NCBI GenBank assembly: GCA_001179505.1
Contig: CDMY01000241.1
Location: 1 to 64,000 of the forward strand
Direction: 5' to 3'
From: Vitrella brassicaformis CCMP3155
Lineage: Eukaryota; Protista; Chromerida
Length of the DNA stretch: 64,000 nucleotides
How positions within the stretch are numbered: position 1 is the stretch's first letter; each line of letters starts with the position of its first letter. The position numbers and the translations under genes were made by a program. The notes under the pieces are model-generated. The model worked only from the letters and a program-made list of their open reading frames with translations. It did not search any database and was not told where the DNA came from. Of this stretch, positions 24,301 to 39,925 are shown piece after piece.

Positions 24301-25712
24301 AGGTAAGCCGCCCTCTCCCCTCTGCCCTCTCCCCACACCACAATGGTGTGTGTGTGCCTTGCCTATAGGTGCGTCGCGTGAGGCGGCAGCCGAGTTGTGG
24401 GCGGCTCAGCTGACGCAGGACGAGTACAAGAGGGTCTACACCCGGTGGCAGGAGGCCGAGGAGCGCATCGTCACACTCGAGAACTACGTCAAAGCCATGG
24501 GCAGGGACAGACCACCACAGCCAGCAGCACCCGCAAAGCCGTCAGAGGGTGACGGGAGTGAGGGAGAGGGCGAGAGTGCCACTGCGAGTGCCGGTGCCGC
24601 AGCAGCGCCGAAAGGGAGACGGCGAAGGAGACGGCGGCATGGCGATGGCGGTGCCAGTGGTTCTGGTGGTGGTGCGGCTGGTGGTAGTGCGGCAGGTGCT
24701 GGTGTGTGCGCCGAGACTCAGACGGAGGCAGAGGGCCTGGAAGAAGAAAACAAGAAGCTCCGGTGCGTACCTTCACCACAGCCACGTCATCTCTCTCTCT
24801 ACCTCTCTCTCTCTCTCTCTGATCTCTGTCTGTCTGTCTGTCTGAGTGTTTCAGGGACCTGGTGCTCTCTGGCGTGTCTGAGACGCTGGACCACCAGTCC
24901 ACCCACGCCGCACAGATCACCTCTCTCCAGACCAAGATGGCCTCGCTCGACCACGCGTGCCAGACCGCCCTCTCCCTCCTCAACGACGCCATACGAACCG
25001 CAAAGGCCACTCAGGCACAGCAGCAGCAGCAGCAGCAGCAAGAAGACACCGAGCAGGACGGCACACAAGAGCTGCAGCAGCAGCAGGAGCATCAGGATGA
25101 AGTGAAGAAACTGAGCGCGTCGCCCCTTGCCCTCCCGGCATTTTATCACCGAGATGGTGGCGGTGCTGCTGGTGCCGCCGGTGGTGGTGGTGGTGGGGCT
25201 GTCGGGCTGAAGGGAGACGTGACCGTGCCAGCGCGGCTGCTCAAGGACCTGCAAGACACCCTGCAGGGTCGTGCTGAGTCTTCGGCACTGAGCCCCTCTG
25301 CCACCCCTTTGTGTCGGTCGCCGTCGATCGTGCAGCAGCAGCAGCAGCAGACACTCACCCCATCGGCAGCGAGGAGCGCTTCAGAGAATGGGGGCGTCCC
25401 ATCTGCCGTCCTGGCCGTTGCCAGCGCTGGTATGGGCTCACACACACACAGAGGGAGAGAGGGAGAGAGGTCCACACCTCCACAGACATACACACAAAAG
25501 TGGGACACACACGTGTGTTTGTGGCTGTGTGTGTGTGTGGGTATAGGCATGAGCACCCCTGGTGGCAGCGGTGTGCCGTCTCATGTGGATGCGCAGCAAC
25601 GGCGGAAGGCGCAGCGGCTCGCGGAGACCGCCGAACAGACCAAGAAAACCGTCAACGAGTCCGCCAAGAAGGTCGGCAGACACACACTGACACACACAGC
25701 CGCCCATCCACC

Positions 25713-25743
<31 letters not shown>

Positions 25744-27834
25744 TGTGTCAGGCCGACGAGCAGCTCTCCCGCTCTCTCAGCTCCATCCAAGCCACCTGGG
25801 CCAAACTCGGTCTCGGCAATCTCGCGCCTACACCCTCGCCAACACAGACACAGACACCGACACCGACACAGCAGCAAGAAGCCAACGGCAGCACAAGCAG
25901 CAAGGAGCAACAGCAGCAGCAACAATCCGGAGGCGGCGGCGGTGGAGTGTTCCTGACGATGCAGTCCCAGCAGGAGCTGGTGGAGTGCGTCAGGGGCGTG
26001 TTCGGGTGTGTGGTGGAGGGGCGGGGTGAGCTCAAGAGCGTGCCGGAGAAGCTGGGGGGACTGGTGGAAGCGGCCGTCAAGATCAGGTAGGTGCCCCCCC
26101 CCCCCTCCCCCACACACGCGCACACAGATGAGACGAAGCCAGAATGGCCCGCTGCCTGTGTGTGTCTGTGTGTGTTCGACAGCCAAGAGCTGCCAGGTTT
26201 TGTGCCGGGCTCTCTGTTGACCCGCGCGCAGGCCACGTCGAAGGTCAACGAGCAGAGGCGCGCCTACCAGGTCAGCACACACACACCGAGCAAACGTGGC
26301 TGCAGATCTTTCTCTCTAATTGTGTGCCCCCCTTGTCGCAGGTGGATCTGTTGCAGCGGCAGCTCAAGACGCTCACCCAGCGCCTCACCGAAGCCCAGCA
26401 CAAGGCGTGGCAGGCCCAGCGAATGATCCGCTCCTCCACCCCGCCGCCATCCCTCTCCGCCAGCCAGTCGCCCAAACACCACAGCCACCACCACCAGCAC
26501 CACCACACACAGCAGCAGCAGCAGCAGCAACAACCAGAAGAGCAAGAAGACCCTCCCCTCCACCAGCTGCACCGCTCCGAGAGCATGACGCAGCTGCCAT
26601 CAAAGCCCCGAGAGAGCATGATTGCCCTGGGGATGGGCAGCGAGTTTGTGAGGGAGCGGCGGGAGCGGCTTCATGGTGAGGCGAGAAGGGGCGAGGAGGG
26701 AGCCAAGGCGCTGGTGGACAGGATTGTGGAGCTGGAGGACGAGCTGCGGTCCTACCAGGTGCGTGGCTATCTTCGGTGTGTCCTCCTTGTGTGCAGTGCA
26801 TTGTCTCTTTCTGTGTGTGGCCCATGTTCGAACGGACAGGACGATCGTGAGATGATGCGTCGTGAGTCGGGTGTGCTGGAGGGCTTCCAGCGGCAGCTCG
26901 TCGACGCCAAACTCAGGTCGGTGCGATGGCCGGCACACACATACACACACACACACACACAGAGGCATCCATAAGCTTTGGCTGCCTCACTATCGCTGTG
27001 TGTGTGCAGGGAGTGGGACGCCCGGTTGGCCGAGAAGGCGGCGCTGGAGCGATTGGGCAAGAGAAGTAAGACCATTGCATCCACGTGCTGCCGTTCTTGT
27101 AGGCTTGTCTGTTGGTTGCAGGCGAAGAAGGTCCCTCCACAGCCACAGTCACGGTCACGGCGTCACTCTCTCCTCCCCGCGCCGCCCCACCGCCCGCCCC
27201 AGCCCCTGCAAGCACAGCACCACGATCAGCATCACCTCCGGCACACACAGAGGATATCCAGCAGCAGCAGCAGCAGCAACAGCAACAGGGTGGTTTGAGT
27301 GCTGACAAGGTGGTGGTTCCTACACCATCTTCACCACCTGCAGCAGGAGCAGCAGCAGCGGCAGCAGTGCCGTTCAAGGGCCTGCTTGCTGCCGGCACCC
27401 AGGGCAGCAACGATAGCACTACACCAGCACCAGCAGCCGCTGCCACAGCAGCAACTGCGTCAGCTGCAGGTGTTCCATTGCCATTTCCGGCGTACCATCC
27501 CACAGCGGCCGCGGCCGCGGCCGCCATGATGGCCAGCCCCCTGCAGCAGCAGATGGCCATGGCCAACTTGGCCAACATGAACACGATGAACCCGCAGCTG
27601 GTCAACGCCCTGGTGGCGCCATGGCAGCTCATGGCCCTCAACAACTACAGCATCGCGACGATGGCATACCAGCAGGCACAGGCACAGCAGACTACGGCGG
27701 CCGGCGCCCCACCATTGCCCCAGACACACCAGCAGCAGACACAGCAGCAGGCGGAGAGCAGCGGCGGTGACCAAGGCCAGCAGCAGCAGCAGGACGAGAC
27801 AGAGGGGGGCAAGGGTTCTGATGGTGATATGTAG
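21326..27834 (+). CDS. Large multi-exon coiled-coil protein with poly-Pro, poly-Gln and Q/A/M/N-rich tail
   Basis: MDSFQAPPG... followed by many heptad-rich exons (VELMEVQRKLDAVLRENSNLQRQ; ELQTLRDDMSMVEEQNRQLSEQYKESFNSLEDVRSQL; ELEYMKLQRKLYDKNGEMQQMREQIVQREQQIE; DEYKRVYTRWQEAEERIVTLENYVKAM; KALVDRIVELEDELRSY). Ends EGGKGSDGDM*. Confidence 0.75.
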
Positions 27835-27949
27835 CGCAAAGGAGAGAGATATATTAAAATGAGAGATGGATGTGTCGTCATATTTGTGAGGGAGGAGGGT
27901 GGGAGGGAGGGAGGGGGCACCCCCCCATCCGTCCATCAAGATTTTCGTG

Positions 27950-28777
27950 CTTGGGAAGCGACGCGCCGATTCAAAGGCTGGTTGTCGAACTGTCGTGCTT
28001 GTGCGGAAGTAAGTAGGAGGACCAGCGAGCGATCGAGCGAATCGGCGCTTCTTTGCCGTGCCTGTCAGCCTGCTACGGTGAAGGAATGAACGAGCTTGAA
28101 TGCGATGCGTGTGTGCAGTGCGTGTGGATGTGGGCACAGACAGACATCCTTCCACACAGAGAGACAAGGAAGGACATTTGTGTGGCTGGCTGACGTTGGT
28201 TATGTGGGTGGGCTTTAGTACTACNNNNNNNNNNNNNNNNNNNNNNNNNNNNNNNNNNNNNNNNNNNNNNNNNNNNNNNNNNNNNNNNNNNNNNNNNNNN
28301 NNNNNNNNNNNNNNNNNNNNNNNNNNNNNNNNNNNNNNNNNNNNNNNNNNNNNNNNNNNNNNNNNNNNNNNNNNNNNNNNNNNNNNNNNNNNNNNNNNNN
28401 NNNNNNNNNNNNNNNNNNNNNNNNNNNNNNNNNNNNNNNNNNNNNNNNNNNNNNNNNNNNNNNNNNNNNNNNNNNNNNNNNNNNNNNNNNNNNNNNNNNN
28501 NNNNNNNNNNNNNNNNNNNNNNNNGGGGGGGTGCGGTGTACAGGACCATAGCTAAGCATAGGGAGGACCGAAGGAAGACATGTGTCACTTTCTTCTCGAT
28601 TTGTGGACTGAATGGATGGAGTGAGTGGTCATCGTATGTGTGTGTGTGTGTGTGCCTGCTGTCGATCGAGCGATGGCGTTCCTTGGCCGGAGGCGAGTAG
28701 TCAGGTGGCGCACACCACCAGGCCGCTTCCGTTCGGCGACGGGCTGCCTCCGCCCGGTCAGCTGCAAAGCCGCACAC
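27950..28777 (-). CDS. Possible small hypothetical gene interrupted by an assembly gap
   Basis: Exon-like segment after a cag acceptor (ADRAEAARRRTEAAWWCAPPDYSPPAKERHRSIDS) and another near 28080-27950. No start was identified and the model crosses the N gap. Confidence 0.25.
28225..28524. other. Assembly gap (300 N)
   Basis: Run of N followed by a G run. Confidence 0.99.
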
Positions 28778-29057
28778 CAGAGAGAGAGAGGAGAGAGCAC
28801 TCAGGTGTGAGTGGGATTCAGGCGGTGGATGGATGGATGGGCCGTGTGTCTTGCCGGCTGTGTGCCTGCGATGGATGGATGGATGGATGAAAGGGCATAA
28901 AGACGGACTGCATTCAGTAATTGCCTCTAGTGGAACGGTCGGAGGCAGTCACACAGATACACAGACACACGCATACACACGCACGAGTCGGCCTGACTGC
29001 CCCACGGACACACACGTGTCCATCCACCCATGGCCAGGCTAGTCTAGCTAATCGGGT

Positions 29058-30879
29058 CTACTCTTCCCTGAGCCTCTGCCGCCTCTCCACCTGACGCAGG
29101 TACGCCTTCAGCTCCTCCCTGACCATACACACACACGGCACACACCATTTGGTCTCTACTGCTGCTGCTGACAAACATATGTACCTCTTCTGCTCGGCCA
29201 TGGCGTTGACGAGCGGCTCTGCGTACTTGTCAAGATCCACAGACACGACAGCCGCCTCCGACCTCTCAACTGCATCCATCCCGGAACACACACACACACA
29301 CACACGGACATTCTTGTGCTGACCGTTCTCTTCTCATGAAGCCGTACCAGTCTCCGATGGCGGAAAGTACTCATTCGCCACACGCTCCCACTGAGGCGCA
29401 CTCTGATAGATGCGCACCCAACCAGACACACAGACAGAGAGAGAGATGGACGACAACATATATGGCGACACGTACGTGTGTGGCAGCATTGGGCGGCGGC
29501 CCTATGGCGTCGAGCGAGTCCGTCCCCGAAGGGATGCACAGCGGCCGCATCGGCTCACGCTGCACCGCACTCGCGCGAATCGCCGGACCGCTCAACGCAC
29601 ACTTCACACACACCCACACATCCATCCATCCATCCACCCACACAGACGGACGGATGGCATGTGTCGGGTTTGTCCTTCGGTGTGTCTGTGCGGACGTGTT
29701 TGAGCATGCTCCTGAAGGTCATGATGGAGGTCTTGTCGCGGACAGAGGTCGACACCAGGCCGGCGGGGGGCGCGGCGCTCACACACAGGTACCGCAACGC
29801 CCGGCACAACCACTTGCGCCTCTCGCTGACGGAAGAATGGACACACACACACATTGAGATAAAGACGTTTCTAGTGTTTCACTCCGATGAGTGTGTGTGT
29901 GTGTGTGTGTGTACGGCTCGTGCGCGTCGGCGAAGAGGTCCCACTTGGCCAAACACACGATGGTGTGCACACCGGGGGTCTCGACAGCCCCGCCAGCGGC
30001 CACACGCTCCAGCCTGCAACGCTCTACCTCACCCTACACCACACACACACAACAGGGTGGTTGTGTGTGTGTAGCCGAGTGGGTCTGCTCTGCTCACCTG
30101 GATGAGCTTCAGGTAGTGCTGCAGCGTGCCGAAGGCGCTGTGTGGTTTGGCCATGTCGACGACCACCACCAGCACGCAGCCCTCGATGCTGCTCCCCGAC
30201 AAGGGGCAGGACACCAACGCCTCGAGACGCTCATCGCCACCTGCACACAGACAGACACACAAACAGTATGTGGCGAAAAGGGCTGTGTGTGTGTGTGTGT
30301 GGTTGTGGCTGACCGATATCGAAGAAGTGGGCGACGGTCTTTCTGTTTGAGTTGGGGTCGGGCTGCCGCGCGTACTTGTAGTCGATGCCCACCGTGGCGT
30401 TAGGCGCCTGACTCGGATCTGCACCACACACACACACACACACGAGCACGGAGGATGTATGTGTGTGTGTGTCTGTCCTCGCCGTTGCTGTACCTTTGTG
30501 CTGGTTGATGAATCTGTCTACGAGCGATGTCTTGCCGCTCCTCTTGCGGCCACACACGACTACCGTCACGTCACTCGACTCTGCGCGCGCACACACACAC
30601 ACAGACACACACACGGAGAGAGAGAGAAAAATTCAATGCATCCGAATGCATTTGTTGTGGCCGGTAGTACTCTGTTCCTGCAGTGAGCTGCGTTGGTGCT
30701 TCTCAAGCTGAGCCCACAAGTTGACGGCAGCCGGCGCGGGAAGACTGCTCTCGGGCTGATATATGAAAGGGAGAGCAGACGACGAGCGAAGGCAGAAAAA
30801 ATGAGTTCGAGGGTCATGTTTTGCTCGAGGCTCATCGCTCGCTTCGTACCTTCCTCCTTGACGCCGTCGCTGTCGCCAT
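29058..30879 (-). CDS. DYNC2LI1: Cytoplasmic dynein-2 light intermediate chain (retrograde IFT motor subunit)
   Basis: MATATASRRK|PESSLPAPAAVNLWAQLEKH..|SSDVTVVVCGRKRSGKTSLVDRFINQHK|..PNATVGIDYKYARQPDPNSNRKTVAHFFDI|GGDERLEALVSCPLSGSSIEGCVLVVVVDMAKPHS..|VHTIVCLAKWDLF..|ERRKWLCRALRYL..|RPLCIPSGTDSLDAIGPP..|DKYAEPLVNAMAEQKR|EELKAYLRQ. This is collinear with D2LIC motifs (GS..GGKT, PTLALEYTYGRR, IAHFWELGGG, LDLSKP, RKVICKTLRF, PLFITAGLDSF..IG.PP, YAE.EVD.MR.QK..ELE.Y). Confidence 0.9.
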
Positions 30880-30963
30880 TCGCCCCGATCTTGGGTCGTC
30901 AAGCCACCAATTCGCCGTGTGCCCCCCGTTTCTGTCAAAAGTGAATGGGCACGGGAGGCTGCA
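30880..30963. promoter_or_regulatory. Bidirectional promoter region DYNC2LI1 / ARH
   Basis: The inferred start codons face away from each other with 84 bp between them. Confidence 0.5.
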
Positions 30964-33189
30964 ATGATGCCGCAGGCGAGCATCTTCCTGGTTTGCGCCT
31001 TCCTGCTGCCTTTTGCCCCGTCCTCCTCGACGAGCAGCAGTGAGGATCTGCCACCCGAGCTTCAAGAGACCTGCAGCAGCAGCGACGACGCCTCCTCGTG
31101 CTCCCGCGGACCGCACGCCCACATGGCAGCTGCGGACGACGGGAAGATCTCAGACCGGGCCCTCGGGGTGAGGAGAGGCACCGATTTTTCATTTCACTCC
31201 TCACCCATCTCATTGCGTGATTCTGTGTGTGTGTGTTCAGTGTCTTTTGGGAGCGCTTGTGGGCGATGCCTCAGGTAGCACAGCAGCAGGCAGTGACAGA
31301 CAGCACAGCACAGCACAGCGCATGCCACCAACAGAGAACGGAGGACGATTGATTGCCGCGATGGTGCCTGTGGGCCTTGCAGGTGCTGTGTTGGAGTTCC
31401 AGAAGACCAAGGTGACGGCCAAGGAGGTGGCCAAGGCTCTCACGATGCCCGGCGGCGGCGTCTGGAAGGTCGGGCCGGGACAAATCACTGACGACGGGTA
31501 CCCCTAACCGCACAACACACACAACGAAAGAGGGAGCGGCCACTGCAGCACATGAGCATCCTTGTGTGATGCCGTCCGCGTGTCTGTCAGTGAGCTGACT
31601 CTGTGCCTGGCCCGCGGCCTCGTGGCCGGAGAAGGCAAATTCGATCTGGACAAAGTGACGGTCAGACGACAACACAAACGACAAAGAGGCGTTAGTTAGA
31701 GTGCTGGTTGCGGTGCATGTGTGGTTGTTGGTCTTGGTCTGTCGGTGCATGTCTGTCTGCAGAAGGAGTATTCCGCCTGGTTCGACTCGCCCCCTTTCGA
31801 CATCGGAACCACCACCACAAAGGTAGGTACCCACGGGTGGCTGTGCATGCCGGCACACCGGTGGGTGGTCGGTGGCATCAATGCATGCAGGCCCTGGAGG
31901 TGGCCTTCAGCGGGCTGGCGAAAGTCGTTCGTAAGGCGGCGAGGGACCACAACCAGCAGAGCCAGTCCAACGGATGCCTCATGCGATCCACACCAATGGC
32001 CGTAAGTGAGTGGGCGACAGACAGAGATGCGATGCAGCCATGGGCGGGCACCATGGCCGACCTTGCTTGCCCACATCAACGTTTCCCTCTGTGTGTGTGT
32101 GTGTGTGTGTGCGTCATCCATCCATCCATCCATCCGACATCAGCTGTGGGGCCACAAGCTGTCTGACGCGCAGCTGATGGACATCGTTGCCCAGGTGTGT
32201 GTGCCTCTGTGTGAGCCAGGATACTCGTGGATAGAGTCTCTCGACTGCCTCTCTGTGTTGTCTGTGTGTGCAGGAGGTCAGCCTGACGCACCCTAACAAA
32301 GACATCCAGAATGCAGTGGGCACATACGTCGTCGCTGCTGGTGAGGGAGGGGGTGCCCACACCCTTTGCAAGCCAGCGGGCGGATCGTGGGCACGGTTTC
32401 TCCTTCGCAACTGACTGCTATGTGTCTCGTGTGTCAGCTTATTTGATCAACAATGGGGGCGGGACTAAGGAGGCGCGAAAGGCGGCGTTCGACAAGGCCA
32501 AGTAAGCAACCGCCGCCGCCTCCGTGTGTACGCGTCTGTGTGATCGTATCAACGTTACAGGACTGTGGCCGGCCCGCTGGCTCGCGAGTGGCTGGAGCTG
32601 GCTGCATCCAACGAACATTTCTCTGTCGACGGCAAGGGCATGGGCTGGATCAAATGGTAGGCGGCGGCCGCTGGGGGATGGGGCACCTCACCCGACAGAC
32701 AGTCTCTGTCTTCCCCCCTCTCTCTCTCACCCTCTTGCAGGGGATTCACTCTGGCGTTCCGCCACCTGCTGTACGCCGAGAGCTATGAGGCCGCCCTCCG
32801 CGACACCCTCGTCCTCGACGGGGACACCGACACGAATGCCTGCATCGTCGGCGGCCTATACGGGGCGGCCGTGGGGGCATCGGCCATTCCCACACACCTC
32901 AAGGAACCGGTCCTCAGTTACAGCTTCGAAGGTACGTACGCCGATACGCCATGTGTAGACGTGCCATGGTGGGGTGTGATGTATCTCTGCGTCTGCGTGT
33001 GTGTGTGTGTGTGCAGATAAGGGCGGCCAACGGCGTCCGCCGTTCCTGTATTCGCGGCAGGCGCCGGGCCTGGCCGCCGAGCTCATGAGGCTGGCCCCGT
33101 CGGCCGGCCCTCAGGATGCTGCAAATGACCAGACGTGTGGTGGTGGTGGTGGTGGTGGCCAGTGTGATGCCAAGGCTTTTGCCGATTGA
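30964..33189 (+). CDS. ADP-ribosylglycohydrolase (ARH/DraG family) with a signal-peptide-like N-terminus
   Basis: Motifs DRALGCLLGALVGDASG, GPGQITDDGELT, FDIGTTT, SQSNGCLMRSTP, SLTHPN and GDTDTNACIVGGLYGAAVG..AIP are present. N-terminus MMPQASIFLVCAFLLPFAP. Confidence 0.9.
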
Positions 33190-33401
33190 GTAATTGTGTG
33201 GATAGGGTTGTAGATACTCACTCTGGTTAACTGCACACGTGTGTGTGTCCAAGAAGGATATCAAAGAAGGACATGCAGCCCAGCCCCCCCACCCCACCGG
33301 CGTCATGGCGTGGGTATGCACATGCCGTCCATCCAATCCAACAACATCATGACATTCACGCCGCAGTCAGTGTCCAGTCACCCCCCCCTCTCCCCCCCCC
33401 C

Positions 33402-33701
33402 NNNNNNNNNNNNNNNNNNNNNNNNNNNNNNNNNNNNNNNNNNNNNNNNNNNNNNNNNNNNNNNNNNNNNNNNNNNNNNNNNNNNNNNNNNNNNNNNNNN
33501 NNNNNNNNNNNNNNNNNNNNNNNNNNNNNNNNNNNNNNNNNNNNNNNNNNNNNNNNNNNNNNNNNNNNNNNNNNNNNNNNNNNNNNNNNNNNNNNNNNNN
33601 NNNNNNNNNNNNNNNNNNNNNNNNNNNNNNNNNNNNNNNNNNNNNNNNNNNNNNNNNNNNNNNNNNNNNNNNNNNNNNNNNNNNNNNNNNNNNNNNNNNN
33701 N
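33402..33701. other. Assembly gap (300 N)
   Basis: Run of N flanked by C runs. Confidence 0.99.
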
Positions 33702-33745
33702 CCCCACCACCACCACCAATGGGCACGGCCGTCGAATCCCTCTCT

Positions 33746-38426
<4,681 letters not shown>

Positions 38427-38575
38427 TTTTTGCGACTACTAGATTTTGCGATTTGACCCCCACGAGATTTACACACAGATTTACGGGGACACGGAGAGGG
38501 ATGAATTCGCTTGTTTGGCTTTGTTTTGGCGTCTGCACTGCGGCCCTTGTGGACTGCGCCACCCTCAGGAGGGCC
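38427..38575. promoter_or_regulatory. Bidirectional promoter region MCM5 / hypothetical gene, with two AGATTTAC copies
   Basis: 149 bp between divergent ATGs. AGATTTAC at 38465-38472 and 38477-38484, plus AGATTTT at 38441. Confidence 0.5.
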
Positions 38576-39171
38576 ATGGTGGAGCAGCCCATCATCTCTT
38601 TTGACCCGGCCAAAACGTCCCAGGACCAGGTGAGGTGAGATCACTGAGATGTCGACACAGACGGGAGAACTGCATGCCAGCAACACGAGCCAGTTGCACT
38701 GCCTGCAGGGCGCCTCTGAGTACGCTGATGACGCCAACTGGATGAGGGACCCCAGTGGGAACGCGACGATGCCAAACAGGCCTCCAGAGTATCGGTAAGG
38801 TCCAGCTGTCTGTCTGTCTGCCTACTCGGCATGGTGTGTCTGCCCCTTGTGTGTTGTGTTGTGTTGCGTCTCAGCGCGTCCTGGGAGGACTGCGGCGGCG
38901 TGGGGGCGTCCAAGACGGAGAAGATGAGGCAGATATCTGCGGCCGTCAACGGCTTTGCGCCTTCGATGCCGTTCCGCAAAAATGCCGCTCAGGACTGCGG
39001 CAAAGTTGACGCCAGGTGGGGTGCGTCGGATACGTTGAATATATGACGGTCGAGTGATGGGATGCCTGTGTTGATGTGATGTGTGTCAGCTCCCCAACCG
39101 GCGGCAAGCACCCTACTGTGGACGCCATTGGCCCTGAGGGCGTCCCGCCTGCAAATCCTTCAGAGGAATAG
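38576..39171 (+). CDS. Small 4-exon hypothetical protein, head-to-head with MCM5
   Basis: MVEQPIISFDPAKTSQDQ|GASEYADDANWMRDPSGNATMPNRPPEYR|ASWEDCGGVGASKTEKMRQISAAVNGFAPSMPFRKNAAQDCGKVDAR|SPTGGKHPTVDAIGPEGVPPANPSEE* with GT-AG introns. Confidence 0.6.
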
Positions 39172-39925
39172 CTAGCAGGGAGGGATGGGTGGACGGATGG
39201 TGTGCATAAGGTTTGGTTTAGATGTCCATGATCGCAAAGAGGACGGGTGAACACTGGTGGCTTCATGCACTCACTTCAACGAGGGTGTAGCAGTGTCCGT
39301 CTTCCATCCATGCGGCCAGCCAGCCCATTCATTTCACCTTACAGAAACGAACGGACCCGGCAGCCAAGCCGATACGCAACAAAACACCAGACAGGCAGGC
39401 AGACAGACAGACAGCAACCGCAACCCACCACCAACACCAACACCGACCCCCACAATCTCTTGTCAACAACCACAGGAGCATGTAGGACTCTGTCGTAAGA
39501 AACCAAACACCTCTGTCTTCACCGCACCCTCTCTCACACACGCCCTCACACACACACACAGATGCACAGACGCACACAAAAAGCATTAGAGATAAAAGCC
39601 TCGACGCAAAACAACAACACGACAACACAACACATGGATGGATGGCATGTGTGGATGGGATGGATGTACCAGTATGTATCTATCTGATGAAGGGGACGAC
39701 AGTTAGTGGAGTGAATTGCACAGTGTTTTGATTGATCAAAAACGGACCTGACTACTATCTAGTATCTTTCTTTCTCTCTGTCAATCATCTAGTAAGTCTG
39801 TCTGCGACACACGGATGGACACCACACATCACCACACCACGTCACACGACAGGCAGGAACCATGCAACACCACCACCACCAACGACACGGCCCATTTTTT
39901 GGCCGCTGGCTGAGCTGCCCTGCTC

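Noticed and set aside
22806-27644. Long minus-strand ORFs (e.g. 22806-23876, 25581-26282, 26913-27644)
   Set aside because: Antisense to the coiled-coil gene and full of CV/HT dipeptide runs from intronic (CA)n/(TG)n repeats.
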